Shown piece after piece: positions 27,469 through 41,493 of a stretch of DNA of 64,000 nucleotides. The position numbers were made by a program, and so were the translations under genes. Within the stretch, counting starts at the first letter, position 1. Every line of letters begins with the position of its first letter. Source of the DNA: Eledone cirrhosa (lineage: Eukaryota); contig OZ024751.1 in the NCBI GenBank assembly GCA_964016885.1, forward strand, positions 16,120,001 to 16,184,000, in the 5' to 3' direction. The notes under the pieces were generated by a model, which was not told the DNA's origin, did not search any database, and worked only from the letters and a program-made list of their open reading frames with translations.

Positions 27469-27539
27469 TATTTTATCTGATGAAAACACAAATGTTATTG
27501 CATGATGATATTTGTTTTTGAAATGCGCATAATAAAATA
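27469..27539 (+). ncRNA. Canonical minimal type I hammerhead ribozyme
   Basis: tattttat-CTGATGA-aaacacaaatgtta...tgatatttgttttt-GAAA-tgcgca-TA-ataaaata; 8-bp stem I; minus-strand copies at about 5279-5345, 22115-22185 and 46484-46553. Confidence 0.82.
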
Positions 27540-27567
27540 CATGGAACTCATTTAACCATCTTTTGAT

Positions 27568-27637
<70 letters not shown>

Positions 27638-27646
27638 CAATTGATC

Positions 27647-27729
<83 letters not shown>

Positions 27730-28271
27730 TTAGAAACACACAGATACATGCGGACACACACATATATACATGAATGCATCCGCACCCAACTGTGAGTTAA
27801 GGGTGCCAACTTCACCGATGTTGCTCAATGAATGACTGGGACAGACCAATTCAGTTGAACTAGACTGAACCAGTATCAGAGTTAAAAATACATTATGAAG
27901 AGAGAAGAAACATTTAGATATAATTAGTAATAAAATGTATCATACCTAAACTGCTCCTAAATTCCTCGACTACGTAGTTTCGTGGCATAAGCAAAAACAA
28001 TATATCATAAAGATATAGAGTCCTTGCGAGGTCTGCCGACTTATCAAGAGGATACCTCATTTTACTAGTCTCAAGAACGCGTCTACACGACGTGAGAAAG
28101 AATCCCAAAAGGCGGAGGGGGAGATAGTCACGCGATATAACGGTCGAGAAACAGAGATATATATATATATATGTATATAGCTGAATATATAATATACATA
28201 TGTATGTGTGTGTGCATATATATATATATATATATATAGTCGAAAATATGTATGTGTGTGTTTGTATATAT

Positions 28272-28508
28272 ATTTATTAAAATAACAGATTAAAGTTTAA
28301 GCAAAGAATCGCTGCTTTCACCCTTAACGGGATCTTCTGAAAATCAGAGTTTCAGTAGATCCCGTCGTTAAGGGTGAAAGCAGCGATTCTTTGCTTAAAC
28401 TTTAATCTGTTATTTTAATAAATATTTGCTCTACGGTTCTTATATATTTGATATATATTTATCCTTATCGAGCCCTCTTTGGATTTTAGTCTTCAAATTT
28501 ATTATTAT

Positions 28509-28512
<4 letters not shown>
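28272..28512. mobile_element. Fold-back terminal module of the PLE family at 41494-44146
   Basis: Inverted arms 28272-28342 and 28350-28424; atccttatcgagccctctttgga..ttcaaatttattattattacta also lies just upstream of the PLE ORF (43620-43671); further copies at 242-292, 3410-3512, 30580-30792 and 54233-54392. Confidence 0.75.
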
Positions 28513-28555
<43 letters not shown>

Positions 28556-29428
28556 TAAATATATACATATTTGTATATATATATGTATATATATATATAA
28601 ATGTATATACATGTGTGTGTTTGTGTGTTCATGCGTGTATATACAAATACATTAGCTCTGTCTATTAGTTTGTTAGTAGCAAAGTGCTGGGAAATACCCA
28701 CAGGGTTTCATTCCACCCTTTTCAATGAAAGCTGAAACTTCTCATACGTTTAAACATTCACGGTTTACCTAAATACTGAAGCACTTTAGAAATGGTACTT
28801 GATCAATGTGTTATAGCTTGTGTGTACTTCCTCTGCTTCATGACTAGAATATGTATTCAAGATCCAGCTGAATCGGCTCCAGCTAGAGAATGACTAATGT
28901 ACAGAGAAGTTCCATTTGCCGTGAAAATTATGTTTTTGAAATTTTAAAAATACATATAACGTTAGACACGTTATTTCATCTAACCTGTCTGTTAGGCAAA
29001 TTCCAGTAATGGATATCGATTTCTCTCTAGAAGAGATCCACAGGGATATAATTTACAGCGTGTGTATGTAAATATACACAAATATATATATATATATTTC
29101 GTTTCTGAATTTGTTTAGCAAGATTCTTTATCTGAAAACGTGTGTTGAAACCGATATTGTTATACTTTGGGACACACAGAAACAAATTGGCGTAGGACAG
29201 AACAAAGGAGAGGCACAAAAACAAAGAAAAGCATCCCCAGTCACTGAAGAGGTCACAGGATGTGTGACGAAAGAACTTTGAGAATATATAAACAAACATC
29301 TGGTTGTGGAACCAGCCAACCAACCGGAAATTTATAAATTCCTAAACTTATAAATTTATTATAATAAATTGAAGTGACAGCAACTGGTGCGTGTGCTTCT
29401 TATTGGCAACATGACCCTCCCAAAGTAT

Positions 29429-29461
<33 letters not shown>

Positions 29462-29467
<6 letters not shown>

Positions 29468-29908
29468 TAAACGGAATAGAAAATGCTGACAAATTGTTCA
29501 CAGTTGAAAAATGGTTTAATTAGGAATAAAAGAGTATTAGTGATTGTATGGGTTAGTATTCAGTTGTGGTTTTAAGTTTTTAAGTTTTTACCGGTTGCGC
29601 ATTTCTAAATGCTTTTCAAAAATAATTTTGAGATAGAGTGTCCGTGCTGTTTGCTCTGATCTGAGATCAGATCAGAGCAAACAGCACGGACACTCTATCT
29701 CAAAATTATTTTTGAAAAGCATTTAGAAATACGCAACCGGTAAAAACTTAAAAACTTAAAACCACAACTGAATACTAACCCATACAATCACTAATACTCT
29801 TTTATTCCTAATTAAACCATTTTTCAACTGTGAACATTTTGTCAGCATTTTCTATTCCGTTTACCAATATATAATAACTTGTGTGTTACACCTCTATTCT
29901 TTTAACTA
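29462..29908. mobile_element. Near-perfect palindrome with about 205-bp arms, PLE-terminus-like, in (TA)n
   Basis: Centre at about 29665 (ctgatctgag|atcagatcag); a single arm recurs at 44165-44368. Confidence 0.85.
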
Positions 29909-30271
29909 TATATATATATATATATATAAATCAGGAAAGACGAGTGACACGGTTTGCTATACAAAAAAAGTTTTTAATCTCATTGCTGACAATTGTTTCT
30001 CTGAACTGGTAGGTCTAGAGATCGCTACCCGCTTCTTTTCACGTTATTCGATCACCAATACAAAGTTATAACCAGTCAATTCATCGGATCTTGTGAGAAT
30101 GATAGGAATATACAGGCATGGCTACTATATATATCCACTACCCGGAGTACCATAACTGGACTACACTTAAGTAGACTACCTATAACAATAATTTGTATAT
30201 ATATATATGTATTTATATACATATGAATACATATATATATATATAAGTATACATATACATATATATATATA

Positions 30272-30418
30272 TAGAAGAGGAAGACCAAGGTTAACGTATG
30301 TTGATGCCCTAAGGACAGACACTGGTCTGTTGGAGACTCAGGACATGGCAGCGATAATGAGGGACAGAGACCGCTGGAGAGAACTCGTTCATGGATCTCG
30401 GGAATTTTACCCGCCTTA
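30272..30418 (+). mobile_element. Extreme 3' fragment of an RTE-type LINE in (TA)n
   Basis: RRGRPRLTYVDALRTDTG...[11 protein letters not shown]. Confidence 0.7.
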
Positions 30419-30441
30419 TATATATATATATATATATATCT

Positions 30442-30475
<34 letters not shown>

Positions 30476-30483
30476 TTTACCCG

Positions 30484-30592
<109 letters not shown>

Positions 30593-30786
30593 TTGAAGAC
30601 TAAAATCCAAAGAGGGCTCGATAAGGATAAATATATATCAAATATATAAGAACCGTAGAGCAAATATTTATTAAAATAACAGATTAAAGTTTAAGCAAAG
30701 AATCGCTGCTTTCACCCTTAGTTTCAGAAGATCCCGTTAAGGGTGAAAGCAGCGATTCTTTGCTTAAACTTTAATCTGTTATTTTA

Positions 30787-30841
<55 letters not shown>

Positions 30842-30941
30842 TAGAAACATGTATGTATGGACGCACACACACACATAGCTCTCTTTCCTATGTCTATCGC
30901 TTCCCTATCTTTCCATCTCTTTGTATATTTATATATACATG

Positions 30942-31015
<74 letters not shown>

Positions 31016-32155
31016 CTGTGTGTGTGTGAGTATGTGTATGTGTGTGTATATATATATGCGTGTATACATATTTATATGTGTTTATTTATGTGTGTGAATG
31101 ATTGGGCCTCCTTTTGTTTTAACGGCTGTCGTATTAAAATACTTCATGTTTTTACAATTTGTTTTGACGTTTTTATTAATAATGCACTATTAAATACCAT
31201 AGCAACCCAAAATAGTTAAAGTTCCATGTGTGTTACCTTCCTTAACAATGCATGGTAAAAAAAAAAAATTAATAATAAAATTCTTATATAATATATCTTA
31301 TTGAGGAATCTATACAGATTAAACAAACCCGCCTCTCTGATGCTGGAGAGCGTAATATTCTACCTAACCATGTGATGCTGTAGGCCGGTTGTAAACCGTT
31401 GCTGTGTGACAGGTTTATCCCTTATTATCCTGCTTGTGTGAATTTTTGATTTTATTTTTTCGTTTAAATAAATATTAAGAAACGCTTCAAGCATTTTACT
31501 AGATTGAATATCTATACTTTTATTACATTTTCTCATGCTTTGTTTGTTTGCATTCTTGTCTTCTTAAAAAAAAGAAAAAGATTGAAGCACTTTCCGACTT
31601 TGAATATGTATAATATTATTTCGTTCACTTTTGTAAAAATAAACAACACGTAACTAAGGACACACACATTCAATTCTGATTTTAGGTTTCATTATTCCTT
31701 ATAAAAACACATGTTCAACACAGCAAAAAATACTTCATCTTCTACACAAAGCTTCTAAACATCAGTTTACAAAGCACACGGAAAAGCCATAAATAGTGTA
31801 CTGCTTCTAGATCTGGGACGTGACTGAAACACTCTACAAATCCAAAATCACATACGAAAAGACCACTCGACTGGTTGACATGAAATCCTTCAATGACTCA
31901 CACAAACCTCTGATCCATAGATGGAGAATCTGTCTTTTCCAAAAAAACTACAGTGTTCCCTGTTCTTGAAACTGGGTGATCGATTTAGATTTGTTTAACT
32001 CTCTCCATGGTTTCCTCCTCTCGTCATCCATATTGTGTCCAGACTTTAAGTCCCACACGAAACACAACTCTCAGTCTTTCATCTCTATATGGTCACTTCT
32101 CTTGTATTCCATCCCTGCTGAATGAGGTCGAGTTTTGTATCCCAATTGTGCAAGT

Positions 32156-33170
32156 TGGTATAATTTGCTAGTACACTTATCCCGAAAATAAGAGGTGTGA
32201 GTTCAATTGCCACACGTTCAATTACTGATGTTGTTTCGTTCTAGGGATTTATTCACTCCGTTATTAGACTTTTCTTTAGTCCCTATATTCGGCAATAGCT
32301 ACTAATTCCATTCAATTTTCATATACAGTAAATATATCGACAGTAGATCCGAACTGTTCGGATCTAGCTGTCGAAACGACCGGAGCTCAGTATCGAATAC
32401 TCTGGTACGTTATGGTCCATCTGGTTTCTTACCACACTTTCTTTGCTATATAAATATATATATATATATTCATTAGTTAAGCAAAACAAGACCACAAATT
32501 TCACAAGGAAGACATTATTAAAAGATTGTCAACATATTTTAGTTTGATGTAAAGAATGTAGAGAATAATAATAATAATAATATTAATAATAATAATGTCC
32601 GTTTACAGATCAATAATGTTATATAGTGATCTGATCCAGAAATATTATATGGAGTAGCGAAACAATTGTAAACGGACATTATTATTATTGGTGGATTGGC
32701 AGTATCAGTAGAGGGTCGGACGCTATGCTTTCCAGCATAGTTACGTCCCTTTACGATCTGAGTTCAAATCCCGCCGAGGTTGACTTTGCCTTTCATCCTT
32801 ACGGGCTCGATAAAATAAAGTACCAGTAATGCACTGGGTATTTGCTGGCCTTGTGCCTAAAGTAGAAACAATTATTATTAATATTATTATTATTATTCTC
32901 TACATTCCTTACATCAAACTAAAATATGTTGACAATCTTTTAATAATGTCTTCCTTGTGAAATTTGTGGTCTTGATTTGCTTAACTAATGAATATTTCCA
33001 GCTCTGCGCACCTAACTTCTGCATGAACCCAGCCACCTAGCTGCTTTCTGCTGCATATTGCACATTGAGCACATGCCTTTACGCTTTTGCTTCTAACTAA
33101 TTCACCAATCTCACCTCTCCTATCTCCTCTCCTATCTCCATCTCTCTCTTTAAGATTGGTTACTCTTGAA

Positions 33171-33245
<75 letters not shown>

Positions 33246-33418
33246 CTCTATATAAAAATTGAATTGAATTAATAGCTATCACCGTATATAGGGACAAAAG
33301 AAAATACTAATAACGGAGTGAATAAATCCCCAGAACAAAACAACATCAGCAATTGAACGTGTGGCAATTGAACTCATACCTCTTATTTTCAGGATAAGTG
33401 TACTAGCAAATTATACCA
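32156..33418. mobile_element. Nested inverted-repeat structure: outer arms 32156-32335 and 33240-33418, inner fold-back 32469-32995 with a SINE inserted at 32690-32872
   Basis: Direct reading of both arm pairs; homologous copy without the SINE at 44895-45566. Confidence 0.75.
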
Positions 33419-33521
33419 TTATACGATTATACGATCTAGACGTATGTTGATATTGTCTGGGATCCTGAAACATTTGGTAATGGAGTAGTTATATTGTCTA
33501 ATTAAATATATATATATATAA

Positions 33522-33601
<80 letters not shown>

Positions 33602-33604
33602 ATT

Positions 33605-33635
<31 letters not shown>

Positions 33636-33680
33636 ATTTATATATATTTATATATATATATATTTATATATATATATATT

Positions 33681-33711
<31 letters not shown>

Positions 33712-33761
33712 ATTTATATATATATATATTTATATATATTTATATATATATATATTTATAT

Positions 33762-35130
33762 TTGACAGCGGTAAGAAATTATTTTCTCATATCAAAGTTT
33801 AACGGGCTTCCACTGATGATTTATAAGTGCCCACCTAAATATATTCTTACATGAATATATTTTAGGCTTCTACATAAACTGGAAAAATTCTCCCAACTTG
33901 TAGAAAACTTATAATGAAACAATTGTTTGGAAAGAGATATACTTTAACTTTAATTATATCTCATAAAATAATACAACTGGTTTTTCCACATTATACATAT
34001 TGTTAGCACCCCAAACACTTAAATTGGGTTTATATTTAAATATAACCTAATGTTTGTTGAGTGAGATGGTTACCAGTCAGAGTTTAGCTTTAAACTATCT
34101 CTGTTATTGTATTAAATATTTACTCTTGATTGGCCAGAGTTGTTTATTTACAGGTACCTTATGAATTTGACTTTCCGTATTTATTACTGTTGTGAAATAT
34201 TGTGGCTTTTTTTGGTTGTAACTTCTCTGTTTTTTAGCCTAAGAAAATATATATATATATGCCTACGTATATAATTACATGCATATATTTATTTATTTTC
34301 TTTTATTAATTGAGTTCTTTACACGAGGAATTAATATTGGTTTTGAAATAACTAATTAACCCGCGTGTGTTTTATATTTTACTCTTAATTCGGCCGGAGA
34401 ATTATATTCCCATTTGCCCTTTATAGCATAACTTTCTGCATTTACTGCGGTTATGATAAGCGGTTCTTATTCGGGTACAACTTCTGATTTAGCCTAAGAA
34501 AATATCTATATGCGTGTGTAATTTATACAAGCATATATTTATTTTTTTATTTTCAATTGAGTTCTTAAACACGTTGGATTGATAATGTTTTCAAAAAAAC
34601 TAATTAACCCGCGTGTATATTATTATTATTTTTTTTTCCTCATTTCATGGATCGTGGGTTGTCTCCCCTTCCCGCTTCGTGTCGCTATCATACTTCCTCA
34701 GCCAAAAGCTGCTGGAATTTCCAATTTGGCGGTCATTCGAGGCGAGAGAGAGTAACTTTACGGACACGATTTTTGACAGCGGTAAGAAATTATTTTCTTA
34801 TATCAAAGTTTAACGGGCTTCCACTGATGATTATAAGTGCCCACCTAAATATATTCTTACATGAATATATTTTAGGCTTCTACATAAACTGGCAAAATTC
34901 TCCCAACTTGTAGAAAACTTATAATGAAACAATTGTTTGGAAAGAGATATACTTTAACTTTAATTATATCTCATAAAATAATACAACTGGTTTTTCCACA
35001 TTATACATATTGTTAGCACCCCAAACACTTAAATTGGGTTTATATTTAAATATAACCTAATGTTTGTTGAGTGAGATGGTTACCAGTCAGAGTTTAGCTT
35101 TAAAGTATCTCTGTTATTGTATTAAATATA
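33762..35130. repeat. About 365-bp direct repeats (33762-34120 and 34772-35130) flanking two about 250-bp subrepeats; pLTR-like, in (TA)n
   Basis: ttgacagcggtaagaaatt...tgtattaaatat duplicated almost exactly; tttagcctaagaaaatat and aactaattaacccgcgtgt each occur twice inside. Confidence 0.8.
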
Positions 35131-35132
35131 TT

Positions 35133-35228
<96 letters not shown>

Positions 35229-35322
35229 ATGCTTTGAGAGGGTCATGTTGCCATTAAGAAACACACGCACCAGTTGCTTTCAGTTCAATTCATTATAAAT
35301 TAAATTTATAAATTCAGAAACG

Positions 35323-35375
<53 letters not shown>

Positions 35376-35510
35376 GGTTTGAGGTTCACCACTGTATAGA
35401 GCTGGTCTATTCCGTATGGTCAATCGTAATGCAATAATATAGAGAGTACTCAACGTAAAGCAGTTCAACCGTCTTTGTTTTTGTAGTTGGTGGTGCTATT
35501 ACGGAGTTAA

Positions 35511-37252
35511 ATATTAAAATGAAATGACAGGAGGCTGGATTTGTGTAAATCCTTGAAAGGTTTATTATACTATGATCATTTCAATGACCGGGTTCCGTAT
35601 GAATCCGGTGATATCATCAGGTATTCGAAATATAATACGTGAATGTAATAGGTAAAATCCATGGGGCTGAAAATCGAGACCCGAGGGCGACCGCTATTCT
35701 GTTCCTTCAACCTCAGCCGGTCGCCCTGGAGTGACGTGGCTAAATTTTATAGTATGCTACTACCGGTCAGATGAACGAAAACAGAAAGAGATGGGAGCAT
35801 AGGTTAACGTCGATCCCATGACACAAGGTAAAAGAAAGAAAGAAAGGAAGGAGAAGAAGGGGGAAGAAAGAAGAAGAGAAGTTAGGGTTAATGTCAGCTA
35901 AAAGAGGAAGGTAACTACTACTGGTCAGATATAGGCAAGCAAGAGGGGGAAGGAATATAAGTCTGCAGGGAGGAGGAGAGGAGAGAAGGAAGGGAAGAGA
36001 GAGGTAGAAAAGTAAGGGTTGATGGCTACAAGAAGGAAGATAGAAAGGAAGAGGAAGAAAGGTCGATATTAATGTCAGACCACAGTCAAGCCAGGAGTGA
36101 CGCGAGAAAATTTTCACAGGGACCCGCATCTTAGCGGAGATGGATATATTGGGAGTCAGTGTTTTACAGTGTTTAGACTTCTAGGATGAAGTTAAAAAAA
36201 TTTAATAATCAATATTCAATATTAAAGAGGTTAGAAAATTTAAAGTTCAACAGTTTAACAATTAATTATATAATAGTTCCGATTTGTTCTGTAATTTAAA
36301 GGTACTATTTGGCGGTTAAAACAACGGCCGCGCCCCGGGCCCCATGGCGAATTAAGCCACGCCGAGTATTTTCATTTACTGAAAGAAGGGGAAATTTATT
36401 TTTCCAAGCACTCTAGGTGAGCTCGTTCGCCACGGAGCTGGTCGCGCCGCCATTAAAACCCATCCAACAGTCCGACAGAAAGTTGGAACTTTAAAATTTA
36501 GCTTAGAGAAGTAAGAGTAATAGTTGATAGCTACAAGAAGGAAGATAGAAAGAGAGAGGAAGGAAGGTCGATATTAATGTCACACCACAGTCGGGCCAGG
36601 AGTGGCGCGACAAAATTTTCACAGGGACTCGCATCTTAGCAGAGGTGAATATAATGGGGGTCAGTGTGTTACAATGTTTAGACTTATAGGATGAAGTTAA
36701 AAAATTAATAAATTAATAATCAATATTCCATATTAAAGAGGTTAGAAAACTTAAAGCTCAACGGTTTCAGGTTGATATATATAATAGTTCCGATTTGTTC
36801 TGTAATTTAAAGGTACTATTTGGCGGTTAAAACACCGGCCGCGCCCCAGGCCCCATGGCTAATTAAGCCACGCCGAGTATTTTCATTTACTGAAAGAAGG
36901 GGAATTTATTTTTCCAAGCACTCCAGGTGAGCCCGTTCGCCAGGGAGCTGGTCGCGCCGCCGCTAAAACCCACCCAACGGTCCGACAGAAAGTTGGAACT
37001 TTAGAATTTTGCTTAACTCTATCGGATGAAGTTGAAAGAATTCAGAATAACATTCAGAATAACATTCAGAATAACATTATGAAACTAAGGAGTAAGAGGA
37101 TTGAGAATTGAATTTTACCTATTACATTCACGTATTATATTTCGAATACCTGATGATATCACCGGATTCATACGGAACCCGGTCATTGAAATGATCATAG
37201 TATAATAAACCTTTCAAGGATTTACACAAATCCAGCCTCCTGTCATTTCATT

Positions 37253-37260
<8 letters not shown>
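35511..37260. mobile_element. Non-coding element with about 150-bp inverted HHR-bearing termini and an internal 505-bp tandem duplication
   Basis: 35511-35658 mirrors 37112-37260; ggtcgatattaatgtca at 36061 and 36566. Confidence 0.75.
37146..37203 (+). ncRNA. Minimal type I hammerhead ribozyme (mirror copy 35567-35624, minus strand)
   Basis: atac-CTGATGA-tatcaccgg...ccggtcatt-GAAA-tgatca-TA-gtat. Confidence 0.78.
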
Positions 37261-37310
<50 letters not shown>

Positions 37311-38794
37311 AGATCAAAAGATGGTTAAAAGAGTTCCAAGTATTTTATTATGCGCATCATGGGATGATATCTGCGTTCTCATCAGATAAAATAGGGATAC
37401 ATGATAAGAAGCTTAAAAAACACTTGTGAATACCGAAGTTTTAAATCGACATTTGACAAATAATTTAAGATTGATGTATGAGATTGGGAAAAAGTGAGGG
37501 GGTGGGGGTGGAAAAGGTAAGGAAGAGGAGGAGATGAGAGTAAAGAATGGTGGGGGAGGAGTATAAGAAGGAAGGATGAGAGAGGAGGAGAGATGGGTGA
37601 TAGAGAGAGAGGGCTAGCCTTTACAACAGAGAAAAAATATATATTGTCTCACAGAGAGAAATTAAAAAGCCGTTGGAAGATAATAGATAATTTAAAAGAA
37701 TTTGAAATTAAAAGTTAATGAGGTTTATGCATGAAGAGAAAAAGGAATTAAGAATAATATTAAATTAAGGTTTGTATATCGAAGGGTTTAATAATATGTC
37801 GAGGAAAAGAAATTATTAATATTTATTATTAAAATAAAAGTATTAATGTTATTAAGGATATAATGTGAAAAGGAGAAGAATGAATGTGTTATGAATTTAG
37901 AGGAATTAGTTAGGGTTTAAGTTTGTTTTTATGTAATGTAATATGTGTACGTAAATAGCTTGTTTAAAAATGAGCGCAGAAGGCAAAGAAGAAAAGAATG
38001 TTTAAGGAAGAAAATATCTAACATAAAAAAATATATATGTATACGAAATATTTTCTAATGGTAATAATATAATATATTAAGAGAAATTAGTTAGGGTTTA
38101 AGTTTGTTTTTATGTATTGTAATATATAAAGGTCAAACGAGCATGAAAGGATGGATGAGATAAGAGAAATTTAAGGAAGAAAAAAATCTAACGTCAAAAA
38201 AATTATATGTTTACGAAGGCCTTCTAAAGGTAATAATATAATGTATTAAAAAAAAAAAATGTTATGGCCAATGATATGAGGAAAGATGGAAGAATGGATA
38301 ATGGTGTGGTGAGTAATAATAAGAATTGAGAAGTAGTTAGGGAGAAAACTACAAACTGAAGAGTGCTACTTATCCGATATTTGCATTGCTTTATTGTGCT
38401 ACAATAAAAGTCACCTCCTACACACACATATATATATACATATATATATATATCCAAAATTAAATTAAGGTAAGCTTGTCATGTCTGAGAGACATGCACC
38501 ATATTCACTGTAGAATAAGCCCAAAGAATAGTTCTGAGCATTTTATATCAACTAGAAATAGATTGACACATATATATATATAAAATAAACACATGAAACA
38601 ATCTCAGGGAATAATTTGTAAAGTGTGTAAGCACACATAGCTAGGTAGGTAACTAATTAAAGTTTAACTACAACTTCAAATGTAGATACCTTTTAAAATG
38701 ATTAATCTCCTTTGTATATATTTCTTTAAATAAGAAATATATTTCACCAATTAATCCGTAAATCACAGCAGTCAAATCCTGGATATATATATAA

Positions 38795-38868
<74 letters not shown>

Positions 38869-38979
38869 TATTTGGCAATATACTGTATGCTTAATTAAAA
38901 ACATTTTGAAGACCTTGCGCTATTGTTTTAAAGTAGTGACTATGTCACTTACTTCTTTTTTCAACAAACAAAGGGAGAT

Positions 38980-39025
38980 AAGCTGACAGATCTCTGTTTC
39001 ATACTGCTGGTAATCTTCAGAGCTT
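38980..39025 (-). ncRNA. Type I hammerhead ribozyme with a GUC site
   Basis: Minus strand: aagct-CTGAAGA-ttac/cagca/gtat-GAAA-cagagatctg-TC-agctt; lies between 43-bp direct repeats at 38861 and 39180. Confidence 0.8.
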
Positions 39026-39254
39026 AGCACTCACCCTTGTCTGTTGAAAATTATAAATGTTGGATTCTTATAGAATTCCAGTAATAATCAGGAACTGATT
39101 ATACAGAACGGTTGCCTGTCCAGCAAAAATTGAAAATTAGAATTGGTGCTCTGAAATAGCGATGTATACATGAATGTATATATAGTATATTTGGCAATAA
39201 ACTGTATGCTTAATTAAAAACAATATTTCAGAGAAACAATTCTAATTATATATA

Positions 39255-40636
<1,382 letters not shown>

Positions 40637-41135
40637 TATATTGGTTTCTCGGTTTCCTCTTGCCAAATTGCACTCAGCCGGATTCCTGAACTCCACACAA
40701 TAAACTCAAACCCACTTCATTGCAAAGCCAATGGCTGAATGTAATTTAAAGCGATATTTACACATAGATAATTTAATACGTGTTTACACATTACAAATGA
40801 CAGCAACATTATGTTGGCTTCTTATGTTTAAACTGGAGAGAAATTTAAAAGTAAATAGAAGCCAGCTGATCCAAATATTCAATTGTCTTTTGAACGTGGA
40901 AAACAATTAGACATGTTTCTATTGAAGGAGAGGGGAATAGAAACATCCAACTGGCTTGTCGTTCTGTGCGACTTTCTTTTCTATATTTACACACACATCC
41001 ATAATACACACGCACACACACGCACGCACAAACAAATACACACACATGCACACACACACGTATATATATACGCACACACACACATATGTATATAGGATAA
41101 TGGTAATAGTTTGGTGACATCTCGTTCCTATGAAT

Positions 41136-41206
<71 letters not shown>

Positions 41207-41493
41207 ACCAAAACACAAAGTACACATATACACACCTTACATGCGTGCAAACATGAATACACACACAAATACAAAATACACATATTTAAATAACTATATA
41301 CACATGTACCAGTATATATAATATAATATATACACCTATAACAAATACAAGCAAATATACGTACGAGAAAGTATACGCACCTTCACAAAACATACGGGTA
41401 AGTTATACTTACCTATACAAATAAGCAATGGTATAAACATAAAATATACTTAGCTACCACATCAAGACGTAAATTATCCGCGTATTGTTCGTA

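Noticed and set aside
31750-32150. Protein-like minus-strand frame
   Set aside because: Multiple stops and no recognisable motif
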